64,000 bases of DNA from assembly GCA_963773925.1 (NCBI GenBank), contig CAVZDC010000006.1, positions 16,512 to 80,511 on the forward strand, given 5' to 3'. Under the pieces are notes generated by a model, which was not told the DNA's origin, made no database searches, and saw only the letters and a list, made by a program, of their open reading frames with translations. This DNA is from Pirellulales bacterium (GTDB lineage: Bacteria; Planctomycetota; Planctomycetia; Pirellulales; JADZDJ01). Position numbers and translations under genes: made by a program. Shown piece after piece: positions 20,653 to 30,817 of this stretch. Position 1 is the first letter of the stretch, and every line of letters starts with the position of its first letter.

Positions 20653-21636
20653 CTAGCGCATGGCCGCGCGCACGGCGTTGAGCACTTTCGTCTGGGCCTC
20701 GGCCAACGGGCCTTTGACGAAGGTGCCGGCGGCCGCTTTGTGTCCGCCGCCGCCGAATTGCTCGGCGATCTGGCTGCAGTCCACTTGGCTGCGGCTGCGG
20801 AAACTCACTTTTGCGTCGCCGTTGGGCTGCTCGACCAGGATCACGGCCACTTGCGTGCCGCGCACGTTGAGCGTCAGGTTGATGACGTCTTCGGTGTCAG
20901 GCGGAATGGCGCCTGTGGCTTTAAAATCGTCTTCCGATACCGCGGTGATAATCAACCGGCCGTCCAATTCGGTCTTCGCGCGGGCCAACACGCGGCCGAT
21001 GAGGTTCAGCCGCGCCAGAGTATCTTGCTCGTACAGCGAATTGTAGATTTCATTTGGCCGGGCGCCGCGATCGACCAGGGCGCCGGCGGCGCGATACGTA
21101 TCGCCCGTGGTCGAGGCGAAGCGAAACCAGCCGGTATCGGTGGCGATGGCGGCAAACAGCGGCGTGGCAATTTCCTGCGTGAGCTTGACGCCCAACTGCT
21201 GCGCCGCTTGCAGCACCAGGCGGCCGGTGGCTTCGGCCTGAACATCTTTGAACTGCTCGGCCCCCAGGTCGTCGCTGCTGACGTGATGATCCAGCACGAT
21301 CTTCTGGGCGCGGCTGGCGCGCACAACATCGGCCATCGGGCCCAACTGCGCCCGGGCGCTGGTGTCCAACACGACGAGCAATTGAACGTCGTTTAGATCG
21401 GCCGGTTGCACGTCGACATGGATGGCTTTAATTCGCTTTTGTGGATCGATGAATTGATAGTTCGGCGGCGTCGGCTGGCCATTGACGATGCGCACCTGCT
21501 TGCCCAGGGCGTCCAGAATTCCGGCCATGCCCAGTTCGCTGCCCAGCGCATCGCAATCCGGCCGCATGTGGCTCACCAGCATGAATCGCTGGTGGGAGCG
21601 GACGATTTCGACAAAGCGGGGCCAATTGATGCTCAT
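20653..21636 (-). CDS. nrnA: DHH family phosphoesterase (NrnA-like nanoRNase/pAp phosphatase)
   Basis: HMRPDCDALGS, VLD, LDHH, TDTGWF, SFRS, GGGGHKAAAG. Confidence 0.9.
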   Translation of the reverse strand: MSINWPRFVEIVRSHQRFMLVSHMRPDCDALGSELGMAGILDALGKQVRIVNGQPTPPNYQFIDPQKRIKAIHVDVQPADLNDVQLLVVLDTSARAQLGPMADVVRASRAQKIVLDHHVSSDDLGAEQFKDVQAEATGRLVLQAAQQLGVKLTQEIATPLFAAIATDTGWFRFASTTGDTYRAAGALVDRGARPNEIYNSLYEQDTLARLNLIGRVLARAKTELDGRLIITAVSEDDFKATGAIPPDTEDVINLTLNVRGTQVAVILVEQPNGDAKVSFRSRSQVDCSQIAEQFGGGGHKAAAGTFVKGPLAEAQTKVLNAVRAAMR

Positions 21637-21697
21637 AGAAGAGGGAGCAGGGGTCAGGAGTCAAGGGGCGGGATGTTTGGCCGATAGCGAGCAAGTT

Positions 21698-22629
21698 TCA
21701 GCGCTGGTCGTTTTCGAACACCACATTGGTTTGTGCCACGTCGCGACTCAATTGCGCTTTGAGTTTTTCCACGTCGTCGAACCGCTCAATGTCGCGCAGC
21801 CGCTTGAGGAAGTCAACCTCTAATGGCTGGCCATAGAGCGAACCGTGAAAACCAAGCAAGTGTACCTCGACCTTGCGTGCTTGTTCGCCGAAGGTTGGAT
21901 TGGGGCCGATGCTGATCGCCGCGGGCCAGGTTGCGCCCACCGCCTGGCTTCGTCCGGCATACACTCCCTCGCCGGGCAACAGCGTGTCGATGGCATCGAT
22001 GTTCGCCGTGGGAAAACCGATTTTCACGCCCCGCGCCGCTCCGTGACGCACCATCCCGCGAATGCCGTACGGGCGAGTGAGCATGCGGTTGGCGTCGCCG
22101 ATTTTTCCGGCGGCAATCAACTGCCGCACGCGGGAACTGGAAACGGGTTGGCCATCGACGATGACCGGCTCGACCACTTCCAGTGAAATAGCAGCGGCGT
22201 CGCACAGGCGCCTGAGCCCATCGACATTGCCCGCCCGATCGTGGCCGAAGAAAAAATTGCGCCCTTCGACCATGGCCTGGGCCTGCAGCGTGTCGCGCAC
22301 AATGCGCTGGAAGAATTCGTCCGGCGAAAGCCGCAACAGCGCCTCGTCGGTCGGATAAGCGATGGTGGTGTCGACACCCAGCTCCGCCAATAGTTCCGCC
22401 TTGCGATCAGTCCAGGTCAGCGGGGGCGGCGCCTCTTTGGGCGCAACAGTCGCACGGGGTGTGGATCGAACGTGAACACCACCGCCGGGCCACCCACGAT
22501 GCGCGCCTTGGCCAATAGCTGCTCGACAATCCGCGCATGCCCCACGTGCACCCCGTCGAAATTACCGATGGCCACCGCGCCGTGGCGGATGGTTTCGGGC
22601 AAGGCGTCCAAATCGCGCAGCAGTTTCAC
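21698..22629 (-). CDS. ribF: Bifunctional riboflavin kinase/FAD synthetase, frameshift near 22430
   Basis: IGNFDGVHVGH, TFDPHP, VSSSRVR, IGFPTAN, GPNPTF, VEVHLL, RLRDIERF. Confidence 0.95.
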
Positions 22630-22810
22630 GGAAATGCTCGGGCAAAGTGTTCGTGATTAGAACTAGGCTCGACCGACGAGATCGCAAATTATTGGCTGTT
22701 CGGCCTGCGCATTCAACTCACGTCGTCGTGGAACAAACAATTGTGCTATTGTAGAATAAGCAGCAATTGCCGGTTATTACCGCTTTTCGCTCGAATCGGT
22801 CGGCTGGCCC

Positions 22811-24535
22811 ATGGACGACAAACAAATTTTTCTGTCGACCGATCTGGCGCATCGCCTGGCGGCCATCGACATTGGCTCCAACAGCGTGCGGCTGATCGTG
22901 GCCGAGCCGCTGCGCGGCGGCAACTATCGCATTCTGGACGAAGAGCGCGAAGCCACGCGGTTGGGCCGCAGTCTTAGCTCCACTGGCATGCTCGATCCGC
23001 AGGCCGTCGAGTTGACGCTGGGGGCCTTGCGGCGATTCAGCCAAATTGCCTCCGGCTACCAGGTGGACGAGCTTCGCACCATTGCCACTTGTGCCGTGCG
23101 CGAAGCGATCAACGGGCCGGAGTTCTGCCGCCGGGCGAAAGAGGAAGTCGGCATCGACGTGGAGGTGATCAGCAGCGACCAGGAGGCGCGGCTGGCCTTT
23201 TACAGCGTGCAGCGCGCGTTCGATCTAGGCGGAAAAAACGTGGTGGTGGCCGACATCGGAGGCGGCAGCACCGAAATTGTGATGGCCAGCGGCAACGTGA
23301 TCGAATACATCGCCAGCACTCCGCTGGGCGCGGTGCGGCTGACGGAACTATACGGCAACGCCAGCGGCAACCCGATCACCGGCGACGACTACGAGCGGAT
23401 GATCGCCGCCATCGATCGCACGTTGAAGAAACAGGCCAAGAAGGCGTTCTTTTCGCCCCATTTGCTGATCGGTTCCGGCGGCACGTTCACCAGCATGGCG
23501 GAAATGATGATGCATGTGCGCGGACAGGTTGGTTTGCCGGCGCGCGGTTATCTGCTGTCGCGGGCGGAAGTGAGCCACCTACTGGACCGGCTGCGCAAAA
23601 TGCCGCTGAAGGCGCGGCGGCAAGTGCCGGGTTTGGCGCCCGATCGGGCCGACATCATTGTGGCCGGCATGGCGGTCGTCGACCGTTTGATGCGCCGCTT
23701 CGGGGTAAACCTGTTGCAGGTGCACAACCGCGGCGTGCGCGACGGGCTGCTGCTGACGATGATCGACAACACGTTGGGCGTCCCCAGCGTCGATCCGCTG
23801 GACCGCGAGGCGGCGATCGATCGCTTTGCATCGGCGTGCACCGGCGAGCAGGAACTGGCGCATGGCAAACAAGTGGCGCGGTTGGCGGGCCGCGTGTTCG
23901 AACAGATTGCCGAGCAGTTCCATCTGGACCCGACCGACCGGCCGTTTCTGGAAGCCGCGGCCCGACTGCAGGATGTGGGCTATTTGATCAATTACGACCA
24001 GCACCACAAACACAGTTATCAATTGATTCTGAACAGCCGACTGGCGGGGTTCCGGCCGCGGGAGTTGGAACTGATTGCCAACGTGGCGCGGTATCACCGC
24101 GGGGCGCGGCCGAAGAAGAAGCATGCGAATTTCCGACAACTTCCGCCGGAAGATCAGCAGCGCGTGCAGCAATTGTCGGCTATTTTGCGCATCGCCGGCG
24201 GCCTGGACCGCAGCCATAGCCAGCAAGTGAAAGATGTGGAGGTGCGGCCCAATCCGGACCAGAACGAACGACTAGAACTGCTGGTGCACGCGGACGGCAA
24301 TCCGGAGGTGGATCTTTGGGGCGCCCGCCGCCGCGTGAAGCTGTTCAAAAGAGTGTTCGGCACGAAATTGGAAGTGGAATGGGCAGAGGCGGCCGATGCT
24401 TCGCAAGCGCAGGGGCTGCAACCCCTGCGCAAGCCCGATGCCAGCGTCGCCACGGCCGACGCCGACGGGCAGGCCAATGGCGCAGAGGCGCAGAACGGAG
24501 CTTCGCGCAAATCGCTGGGCAAACCGCGCCATTAA
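22811..24535 (+). CDS. ppx: Ppx/GppA exopolyphosphatase with HD domain
   Basis: AAIDIGSNS, ATCAVREA, EARL, DIGGGSTE, GSGGT, RADII, GVRDG, HHKHS, ARYHR. Confidence 0.92.
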   Translation: MDDKQIFLSTDLAHRLAAIDIGSNSVRLIVAEPLRGGNYRILDEEREATRLGRSLSSTGMLDPQAVELTLGALRRFSQIASGYQVDELRTIATCAVREAINGPEFCRRAKEEVGIDVEVISSDQEARLAFYSVQRAFDLGGKNVVVADIGGGSTEIVMASGNVIEYIASTPLGAVRLTELYGNASGNPITGDDYERMIAAIDRTLKKQAKKAFFSPHLLIGSGGTFTSMAEMMMHVRGQVGLPARGYLLSRAEVSHLLDRLRKMPLKARRQVPGLAPDRADIIVAGMAVVDRLMRRFGVNLLQVHNRGVRDGLLLTMIDNTLGVPSVDPLDREAAIDRFASACTGEQELAHGKQVARLAGRVFEQIAEQFHLDPTDRPFLEAAARLQDVGYLINYDQHHKHSYQLILNSRLAGFRPRELELIANVARYHRGARPKKKHANFRQLPPEDQQRVQQLSAILRIAGGLDRSHSQQVKDVEVRPNPDQNERLELLVHADGNPEVDLWGARRRVKLFKRVFGTKLEVEWAEAADASQAQGLQPLRKPDASVATADADGQANGAEAQNGASRKSLGKPRH

Positions 24536-24750
24536 GCCCCGAGCACACCGTTGGAACCGCTCGCATGATCATCTTGCCTGAAATAATCCAATCATTTGTA
24601 CCGCCGCTTGCTTGACGGACACTTTGCACAATCTAAGAATGTTTTGGCGGGAATTTTGTGAGAGAACCAAACGCACGTTTGGATCGATTCCTGCCCTTTT
24701 AATACCCGGCATGCTCTGAATTACCTCGCACTGTGCACGGGCTTACCTGT

Positions 24751-26094
24751 ATGAGCACTTCGTCTCGTCTCGCGCTGGGAACGATCCAGGCCGAGGCTGA
24801 TTCCCGGGCAATCATCTGGGGGGTGTTGGACGCGCTGGAGCAGGCCGGCGTGCGAACTCAAACATTTCTTTCGCGGTGCTGCTTGTCGCCGCACGACGGC
24901 CCTTCGGTGATCAACGGCAGCACGTCACGGCACCTGGATAGTTGGCTGATGACACCGGAAATGTGCCGCCAGATATTTCTGCAAGCGACTGCGACGGCGG
25001 GATTGGCGATTATCGAGGGCAAGTACGACGCGGCACTGGCGAATCGAGCAGGCGGCAGTCTCGACACGCTGTGCGATTGGCTCGATCTGCCGCGGCTGGC
25101 GATTGTAGATTGCTCGCGGCTAAGCGACTGCCAATTACCGGCGCGGCCCACCGCCGATGCTCTGCTGATCGAAAATTTCAGCGGCGCGTGCGACGTGCAT
25201 CATTGGCAAACGGTGCTGGAATCGCTGTGGGGAATTCCAGTGATCGGCGCGATGCAGCAACCGCCGGTGTTGCGCGACGCGGTAACGGCTTTGCCTGCGG
25301 GTCAAAAGCCGCCGCGCGAGCTATGCAGTGCGCTGGGGCAAGAATTCTTGCGCCATTCGCGGCTGGAGCGGTTGCTGCGATTGGCCACGCGGCGCGGAAT
25401 TCCCGGCGATTGGGCAACGCCGGCGCCGGAAGACACCACGCCTGCGCTGCCGCGCGGGAAAGTGCAAGTGGCGGTGGCCTACGACGATGCTTTCCATTGC
25501 TATTTTCCCGACACGCTCGACATGCTGGAGATGCGCGGCGCCACGGTGCGCGTGTTTTCGCCATTGCGCGACGAATTCCTGCCGGCGGAAACCGACATCG
25601 TGTATCTGGGCTGCGGCCGGCCACAAGATCATGCCGCGGCGCTGGCGGAAAATCATTGCCTGATGATGTCGCTGAAAGATCACATTTGCGCCGGGAGGCG
25701 CGTTTATGCCGAAGGGGGCGGGCTGGCGTATTTGTGTCAGCACGTGGACCTGGGGGACGGGACGCTGGTGCCGATGATCGGCGTACTGCGTGCCGTGGCG
25801 CACCGCAACCCGCAGCCAAGCGCGCCGGAGGCGGTGGAGCTGACGTTGGCGGTGGATAGCTGGTTGGGGGCCGCCGGCACGCAGGTGCGCGGCTACCGCA
25901 ACTCGAATTGGCAGCTTGAGCCAACGGGGTGCTTGACGCATTTCACCGCGGAAGCCGACGGGCAGCTCGATTTGATCGGGCGGCACCAGGTGATCGGCAG
26001 CCGGGTGCATCTGAACTTTGCCGCTCAGCCGGCGCTGTTGGGCCGATTCTTCCAGCCCTGCCCTGCCGCTTTGGCCTGGGGTACGAAGCAATAG
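24751..26094 (+). CDS. Cobyrinate a,c-diamide synthase (CbiA/CobB)-like protein with degenerate catalytic motifs
   Basis: SRHLDSWLM, IIEG, AVAYDDAFHCYFPD.LD.LE..GA....FSPLRDE.LP, VYAEGGGLAYL, HLNF; no GKT P-loop. Confidence 0.75.
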   Translation: MSTSSRLALGTIQAEADSRAIIWGVLDALEQAGVRTQTFLSRCCLSPHDGPSVINGSTSRHLDSWLMTPEMCRQIFLQATATAGLAIIEGKYDAALANRAGGSLDTLCDWLDLPRLAIVDCSRLSDCQLPARPTADALLIENFSGACDVHHWQTVLESLWGIPVIGAMQQPPVLRDAVTALPAGQKPPRELCSALGQEFLRHSRLERLLRLATRRGIPGDWATPAPEDTTPALPRGKVQVAVAYDDAFHCYFPDTLDMLEMRGATVRVFSPLRDEFLPAETDIVYLGCGRPQDHAAALAENHCLMMSLKDHICAGRRVYAEGGGLAYLCQHVDLGDGTLVPMIGVLRAVAHRNPQPSAPEAVELTLAVDSWLGAAGTQVRGYRNSNWQLEPTGCLTHFTAEADGQLDLIGRHQVIGSRVHLNFAAQPALLGRFFQPCPAALAWGTKQ

Positions 26095-26229
26095 GGTGAC
26101 CGAACGTTGGCAAGCTAGTAGGGGCGAATCCTTGCGCGGGACACGCTCAGCGGCTACACTGGGCTCATTGGCTGATCGGCTAGGCCGCCAGCGAACCTGA
26201 GCCCCCGCTTCTGACTCCTGACTCCCGCC

Positions 26230-26943
26230 ATGCCTGAACTGGGCGTTAACATCGATCACGTGGCAACACTGCGGCAAGCCCGCCGCACGTACGAGCCCGA
26301 TCCGATTTGGGCCGCCGCTTTGGCCGAGCTGGGCGGGGCCGATGGCATTACGATTCACCTGCGGGAAGATCGCCGCCATATTCAGGACCGCGATCTGGAA
26401 CTGCTGCGCAAGACGGTGAGCATCAAGTTGAATTTGGAATTGGCGTGCGCCAGCGACGTGGTGGCAATTGCCTGCCGCGTGAAGCCCGATCAAGCCACAC
26501 TGGTTCCCGAGCGCCGCGAAGAAGTGACCACCGAGGGCGGGCTGGATGTGGCCGGCCAGCGCAAAATAGTGGCAGATGCTGTGAAACAACTGCACGACGC
26601 GGGCATTTACGTCAGTTTGTTTTTGGATCCCGATCCGCTGCAGCTGGAATTGGCCCGACCCGTGGGGGCGGATGCCGTGGAGCTGCATACCGGCCGCTAT
26701 TGTTTGGCCAAGCCTGGCAAAGAGCGCGATAAGGAATTCGACGCGCTGGTGTCCGCCGGCATTGCCATTCGCGAGTGGGGACTGGGGCTGCACGCCGGTC
26801 ACGGGCTGAACTATCACAACGTGCAGCCGATCGCGCGGATTGCCGGAATGCACGAGCTAAACATCGGGCATGCGATCATCGCACGGGCGGTGTTCGTGGG
26901 ATTAGAACGGGCGGTGCGCGAGATGAAAGAGTTGATTGGTTGA
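26230..26943 (+). CDS. pdxJ: Pyridoxine 5'-phosphate synthase
   Basis: [49 protein letters not shown]. Confidence 0.97.
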   Translation: MPELGVNIDHVATLRQARRTYEPDPIWAAALAELGGADGITIHLREDRRHIQDRDLELLRKTVSIKLNLELACASDVVAIACRVKPDQATLVPERREEVTTEGGLDVAGQRKIVADAVKQLHDAGIYVSLFLDPDPLQLELARPVGADAVELHTGRYCLAKPGKERDKEFDALVSAGIAIREWGLGLHAGHGLNYHNVQPIARIAGMHELNIGHAIIARAVFVGLERAVREMKELIG

Positions 26944-27014
26944 TTTGCTAAGCCGCAAGCGGATGGATATAACGAAGCGCGCGACAGCGAATCGAAAGGC
27001 GAGAAACGAAGCCC

Positions 27015-27900
27015 ATGCCCACTAAAGGCGAAGCGTTTGCCGGATTGACGGTGGCGATCATCACGCCCTTGCGGAACGACGAGGTCGATTATCCGGCGCT
27101 CAAGGCACAGATTGAATTTCAGGTGGCCGCCGGGGCAACGTGCATTTGCCCGGTGGGGACCACGGGGGAGTCCCCTACCCTTTCGCACGAGGAGCACGAG
27201 CGGGTGGTGGCGGCCTCGATCGAGTACGCCGCCAAGCGGATCAAGGTGATGCCAGGCACCGGGAGCAACAGCACGCGCGAGGCGTTGCGGCTAACCAAGT
27301 TCGCCGCCAAGCACGGGGCCGATGCCGCGCTCGTAGTGGCCCCCTACTACAACAAGCCGACGCAGGAGGGCTTCTATCTGCACTTCAAGGCGCTGGCTGA
27401 GGCTGTCGATATTCCGCTGTGCGTGTACAACATTCCGGGCGCACCGGCAAGAATGTCGAGCCAGAAACCATCGCCAAGCTGGGCGAATTGAAAAACATCA
27501 CGATGGTGAAGGAGGCGACCGGGTCGTTGGATCAGGCGTCGCAAATTGTCGCCTCATCGAATCTGACGGTGCTTAGCGGCGACGACAGCTTGACTTTGCC
27601 GATTTTGGCCGTCGGCGGGCGGGGCGTGATTTCGGTGGTCGGCAACATCGTGCCGCGCGACGTGATCGCGCTGTGCAAAGCGTTCGATTCCGGCAATCTC
27701 GCCGAGGCACAGAAATGGCACCACAAGCTGTTCCCCTTGTGCCGCGACATGTTGGGGCTTTCGACGAATCCGATTCCCATCAAAGCGGCGATGAAGCTGT
27801 TGGGCGCGATACCGGCGAATTGCGGCTGCCGATGACGCCGCTGGAGGTGGCTAGCGAAGGGAAGTTGCGGAAAACATTGACGCAGTACGGGTTGTTGTAG
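27015..27900 (+). CDS. dapA: 4-hydroxy-tetrahydrodipicolinate synthase, frameshifts near 27440 and 27805
   Basis: [43 protein letters not shown]. Confidence 0.95.
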
Positions 27901-27962
27901 GTGCATACCACGCCCTTCGCGGACTCAGGGCGTGCCAGCCGTCCTGGCTGTGGTGAGGCTGC

Positions 27963-28032
27963 GACTCGACGGAAGCCTTGCCGTCCCGTTTGCACCTCAC
28001 GTTCGCGGCTCGGCGGGAGCCTCGCCCTCCCG
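27963..28032 (-). repeat. REP-like family B: degenerate copy (27963-27988) plus intact copy (28007-28032)
   Basis: GACTCGACGGAAGCCTTGCCGTCCCG (21/26 match) then GGCTCGGCGGGAGCCTCGCCCTCCCG, between convergent dapA and pabB. Confidence 0.75.
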
Positions 28033-28035
28033 TTT

Positions 28036-29439
28036 TTAACGCAGTGCGCGGAGGAGGCCTTCGGCTTTTTGCCAGGTTTCGTCGTATTCCTTTGCTGGAT
28101 CGCTGTCGGCAACGATCCCGCCGCCGACGGGCAATTGCCACCAGCCGCGGCCGGCCGTGATCGTGCGGATGAGAATGCTTGAGTCCATCGAGCCGTCGAA
28201 GCCCAGGTAGGCCAGCGATCCGCAATAGGCGCCGCGGGCGGCAGCCTCCAACTCGGTGATGATTTGCATGGCCCGGATTTTGGGCGCGCCGGTGACGGAT
28301 CCGCCTGGAAACGCGCCGCGCAGCAAATCCAAGGGGCCGCATTCTTCTCGCAACCGCCCATTCACGACCGAAACCAGATGCTGCACGAAGGCATATTGCT
28401 CGAGGCGGCACAGCTCGCTGACCGTAACGCTGCCAGGGCGGCAAGAGCGCGACAGATCGTTGCGCATTAAATCGACGATCATCACGTTTTCGGCGCGGTC
28501 TTTTTCACAGTTGAGCAGCTCTTCGGCGATGCGACGATCGTCTGCGATGCACCCGGTGCGGCGGCGGGTGCCCTTGATCGGCCGCGCCTCCACTTCGTCG
28601 CCGCAGACTTTCAGGAACCGCTCGGGCGAGGCACTGACGATTTGAAAATCGCCTAAATCGAAATAGGCGGCAAAGGGGGCCGGGTTGCGCTGGCGCATGC
28701 GCAAGTACAGCGACGCCGAATCGCCGCCGGCTGGATATAATAGCCTTTGCGCCAAATTGACCTGAAACACATCGCCGGCATAGATGTATTCAATCGCGCG
28801 GCGCACCGCCGCCAAATAATCGGCGGGGGAAAAATTGCTGGTTAGTCCGCCGAAGTTGCGCAGCGAATATTGCGGCCCCAGCTCGATTGCCGTGCTGTGT
28901 TGAACAGTGGACGTCGCCGGGGGTTTGCCGCGCTCGAGCAATCGGCGAAACTGCTCAGCCCGCTGTTTTGCCCGCCGGCGGCGCTTCAGCGGCTGCAATT
29001 CCGGAAAACCTTGCGAGACGATCCACGCCCGATGCGACGCGTGATCGAACGCCACCAGGACGTCATAGAGGCCAACGGCCAAGCCGGGAATTTGAAACTC
29101 ATCGAATTTGGGCCGCGGCAGCCGCTCCAGGCTGCGGGACAGGTCGTATGAAAACAGTCCGGCCAGACCGCCTTGAAACGGGGGCAGTTCGGGGAGCGTG
29201 GGCGCAGCCCAGCAGCCAAAGCGTTGGGAAAGTTGCTCCCAGACGGCGGCATCGTCGGGGGAGGCGGTCAGCCAGTCGAAAGGATCGGCGGCGATGAACG
29301 AATAGCGCCCTACGTGCGAATCGGTTTGCGCGCTGTCGAAAAACACGCAGTGCGGCAGGTGGCACAGACGCTGAAACGCATCGCACGGCTCCGGAGCGGG
29401 AAGCAATTCCTCCGCAACCCCGGGCCAATCGACCAGCAT
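28036..29439 (-). CDS. pabB: Aminodeoxychorismate synthase component I (anthranilate synthase I family)
   Basis: GRYSF, PFQGG, GDVFQVN, SPERF, PIKGT (PabB-type), AENVMIVDLMRND, FPGGSVTGAPKIRAM. Confidence 0.9.
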   Translation of the reverse strand: MLVDWPGVAEELLPAPEPCDAFQRLCHLPHCVFFDSAQTDSHVGRYSFIAADPFDWLTASPDDAAVWEQLSQRFGCWAAPTLPELPPFQGGLAGLFSYDLSRSLERLPRPKFDEFQIPGLAVGLYDVLVAFDHASHRAWIVSQGFPELQPLKRRRRAKQRAEQFRRLLERGKPPATSTVQHSTAIELGPQYSLRNFGGLTSNFSPADYLAAVRRAIEYIYAGDVFQVNLAQRLLYPAGGDSASLYLRMRQRNPAPFAAYFDLGDFQIVSASPERFLKVCGDEVEARPIKGTRRRTGCIADDRRIAEELLNCEKDRAENVMIVDLMRNDLSRSCRPGSVTVSELCRLEQYAFVQHLVSVVNGRLREECGPLDLLRGAFPGGSVTGAPKIRAMQIITELEAAARGAYCGSLAYLGFDGSMDSSILIRTITAGRGWWQLPVGGGIVADSDPAKEYDETWQKAEGLLRALR

Positions 29440-29641
29440 TGCCGACGACGATGGCGGCAAAACTGAATAAATCGTGTTGGCATTCGCGGGAGTCATGCAA
29501 CCAGCAGGCTGACGGAATAGTTCGCCTGTTCGTTGTAGTCGCACCGGAAGCCCTTCGCAAGCAGCCTCCGGCCGGAGCGCTCCCATCGCCCGACGCAGAA
29601 CCAGCGGGTATGATTCCGCAGTCTTCGTTCTGGTGTTCTCG

Positions 29642-30784
29642 ATGATCAATCTGCAAGAGCAACTGGCCAATTCCGCGATCGTGTTTCGCGGCTACAACGT
29701 GACCAACTTGGGCCGCAGCACGGAACTGTTGGCGCACCCAGCGTACGGGCCGATCGTGGAGCACTATCTGCAGGAGGCCTCGCGAGTGGCCAGCGATCTG
29801 CTGGGGCGGAAGATCGACCTGGTGGCCCGAGTGGAACGCCATGAGGAAACAAGTTTGGAAACGTATGCCGACGCGATCGCGCTGATCGTGGCGATGGAAA
29901 TGGCGCACCTGAAGCTGCTGACGGAGTTTTTTGGAATCGAATACACCAAGGCGAAGATCGCATACGGCTACAGCCTGGGCGAAGTCGGGGCGCTTGTGGC
30001 CGGCGGCGTGATGGATATGGCCACGGCGCTGCACATTCCGCTGACGATGGCCGACGATTGCGTGGACCTGGCGCACGACGTCACGCTGGGCGTGCTGTTT
30101 TCGCGCGGCCCGGCGCTGGATGCCGATGCCGTGCAGCGGCTGTGCCTGCGCATTAACCTGGCCGGGCAGGGAACCGTCGGCATCTCGTCGTATCTTTCGC
30201 CCAACTCGCTGTTGTTGATGGGGCAGGGAAATACGATCGATCGATTCGCCGACCTGATGCGCGAATGGATTCCCCAAAAACTTTACCTGCGAAAGAACGA
30301 CAGCAAATGGCCGCCGATGCACACGCCCATCGTGCGGCAGCGAAATATTCCCAATCGATCAGCCGTGATTATGCAAACGCTGCCGGGCGGCTTCACCGCG
30401 CCGGCGCCGCCAGTGCTGTCGCTAGTGACCGGCAAGCAAAGCTACAACGATTTCAATGCGCGCGAACTGCTGGCGCAATGGGTCGATCATCCGCAGCGTT
30501 TGTGGGACGCGGTTAGCGAAACGCTGGCCATGGGCATTGAAACGATCGTGCACGTCGGGCCGGAGCCCAATTTGGTGCCCGCCACGTTCAAGCGACTGGC
30601 GGATAACGTCGCCACGCAGATGGCCTCACGCTCGTGGGAAGGAATGGGCCTGCGGGCGGTGGGTCAGGTGGTGCGGCGGCCATGGCTGGCCAAAATTTTG
30701 CCGGTGCGCAGCTCGTTGTTGCGGGCCCCGTTCGTGCAACAAGTGAACGTGGAAGATTGGCTGTTGGAGCAGGAGTTGCCGTAA
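29642..30784 (+). CDS. FabD-like acyltransferase (atypical malonyl-CoA:ACP transacylase homologue)
   Basis: Nucleophile motif GYSLGE, catalytic His in PPMHT, HVGP; N-terminal FRGYN instead of FPGQG. Confidence 0.75.
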   Translation: MINLQEQLANSAIVFRGYNVTNLGRSTELLAHPAYGPIVEHYLQEASRVASDLLGRKIDLVARVERHEETSLETYADAIALIVAMEMAHLKLLTEFFGIEYTKAKIAYGYSLGEVGALVAGGVMDMATALHIPLTMADDCVDLAHDVTLGVLFSRGPALDADAVQRLCLRINLAGQGTVGISSYLSPNSLLLMGQGNTIDRFADLMREWIPQKLYLRKNDSKWPPMHTPIVRQRNIPNRSAVIMQTLPGGFTAPAPPVLSLVTGKQSYNDFNARELLAQWVDHPQRLWDAVSETLAMGIETIVHVGPEPNLVPATFKRLADNVATQMASRSWEGMGLRAVGQVVRRPWLAKILPVRSSLLRAPFVQQVNVEDWLLEQELP

Positions 30785-30817
30785 GGGAGGCGAAGGCAGA
30801 AAGCAGAAGCCTCTCGA

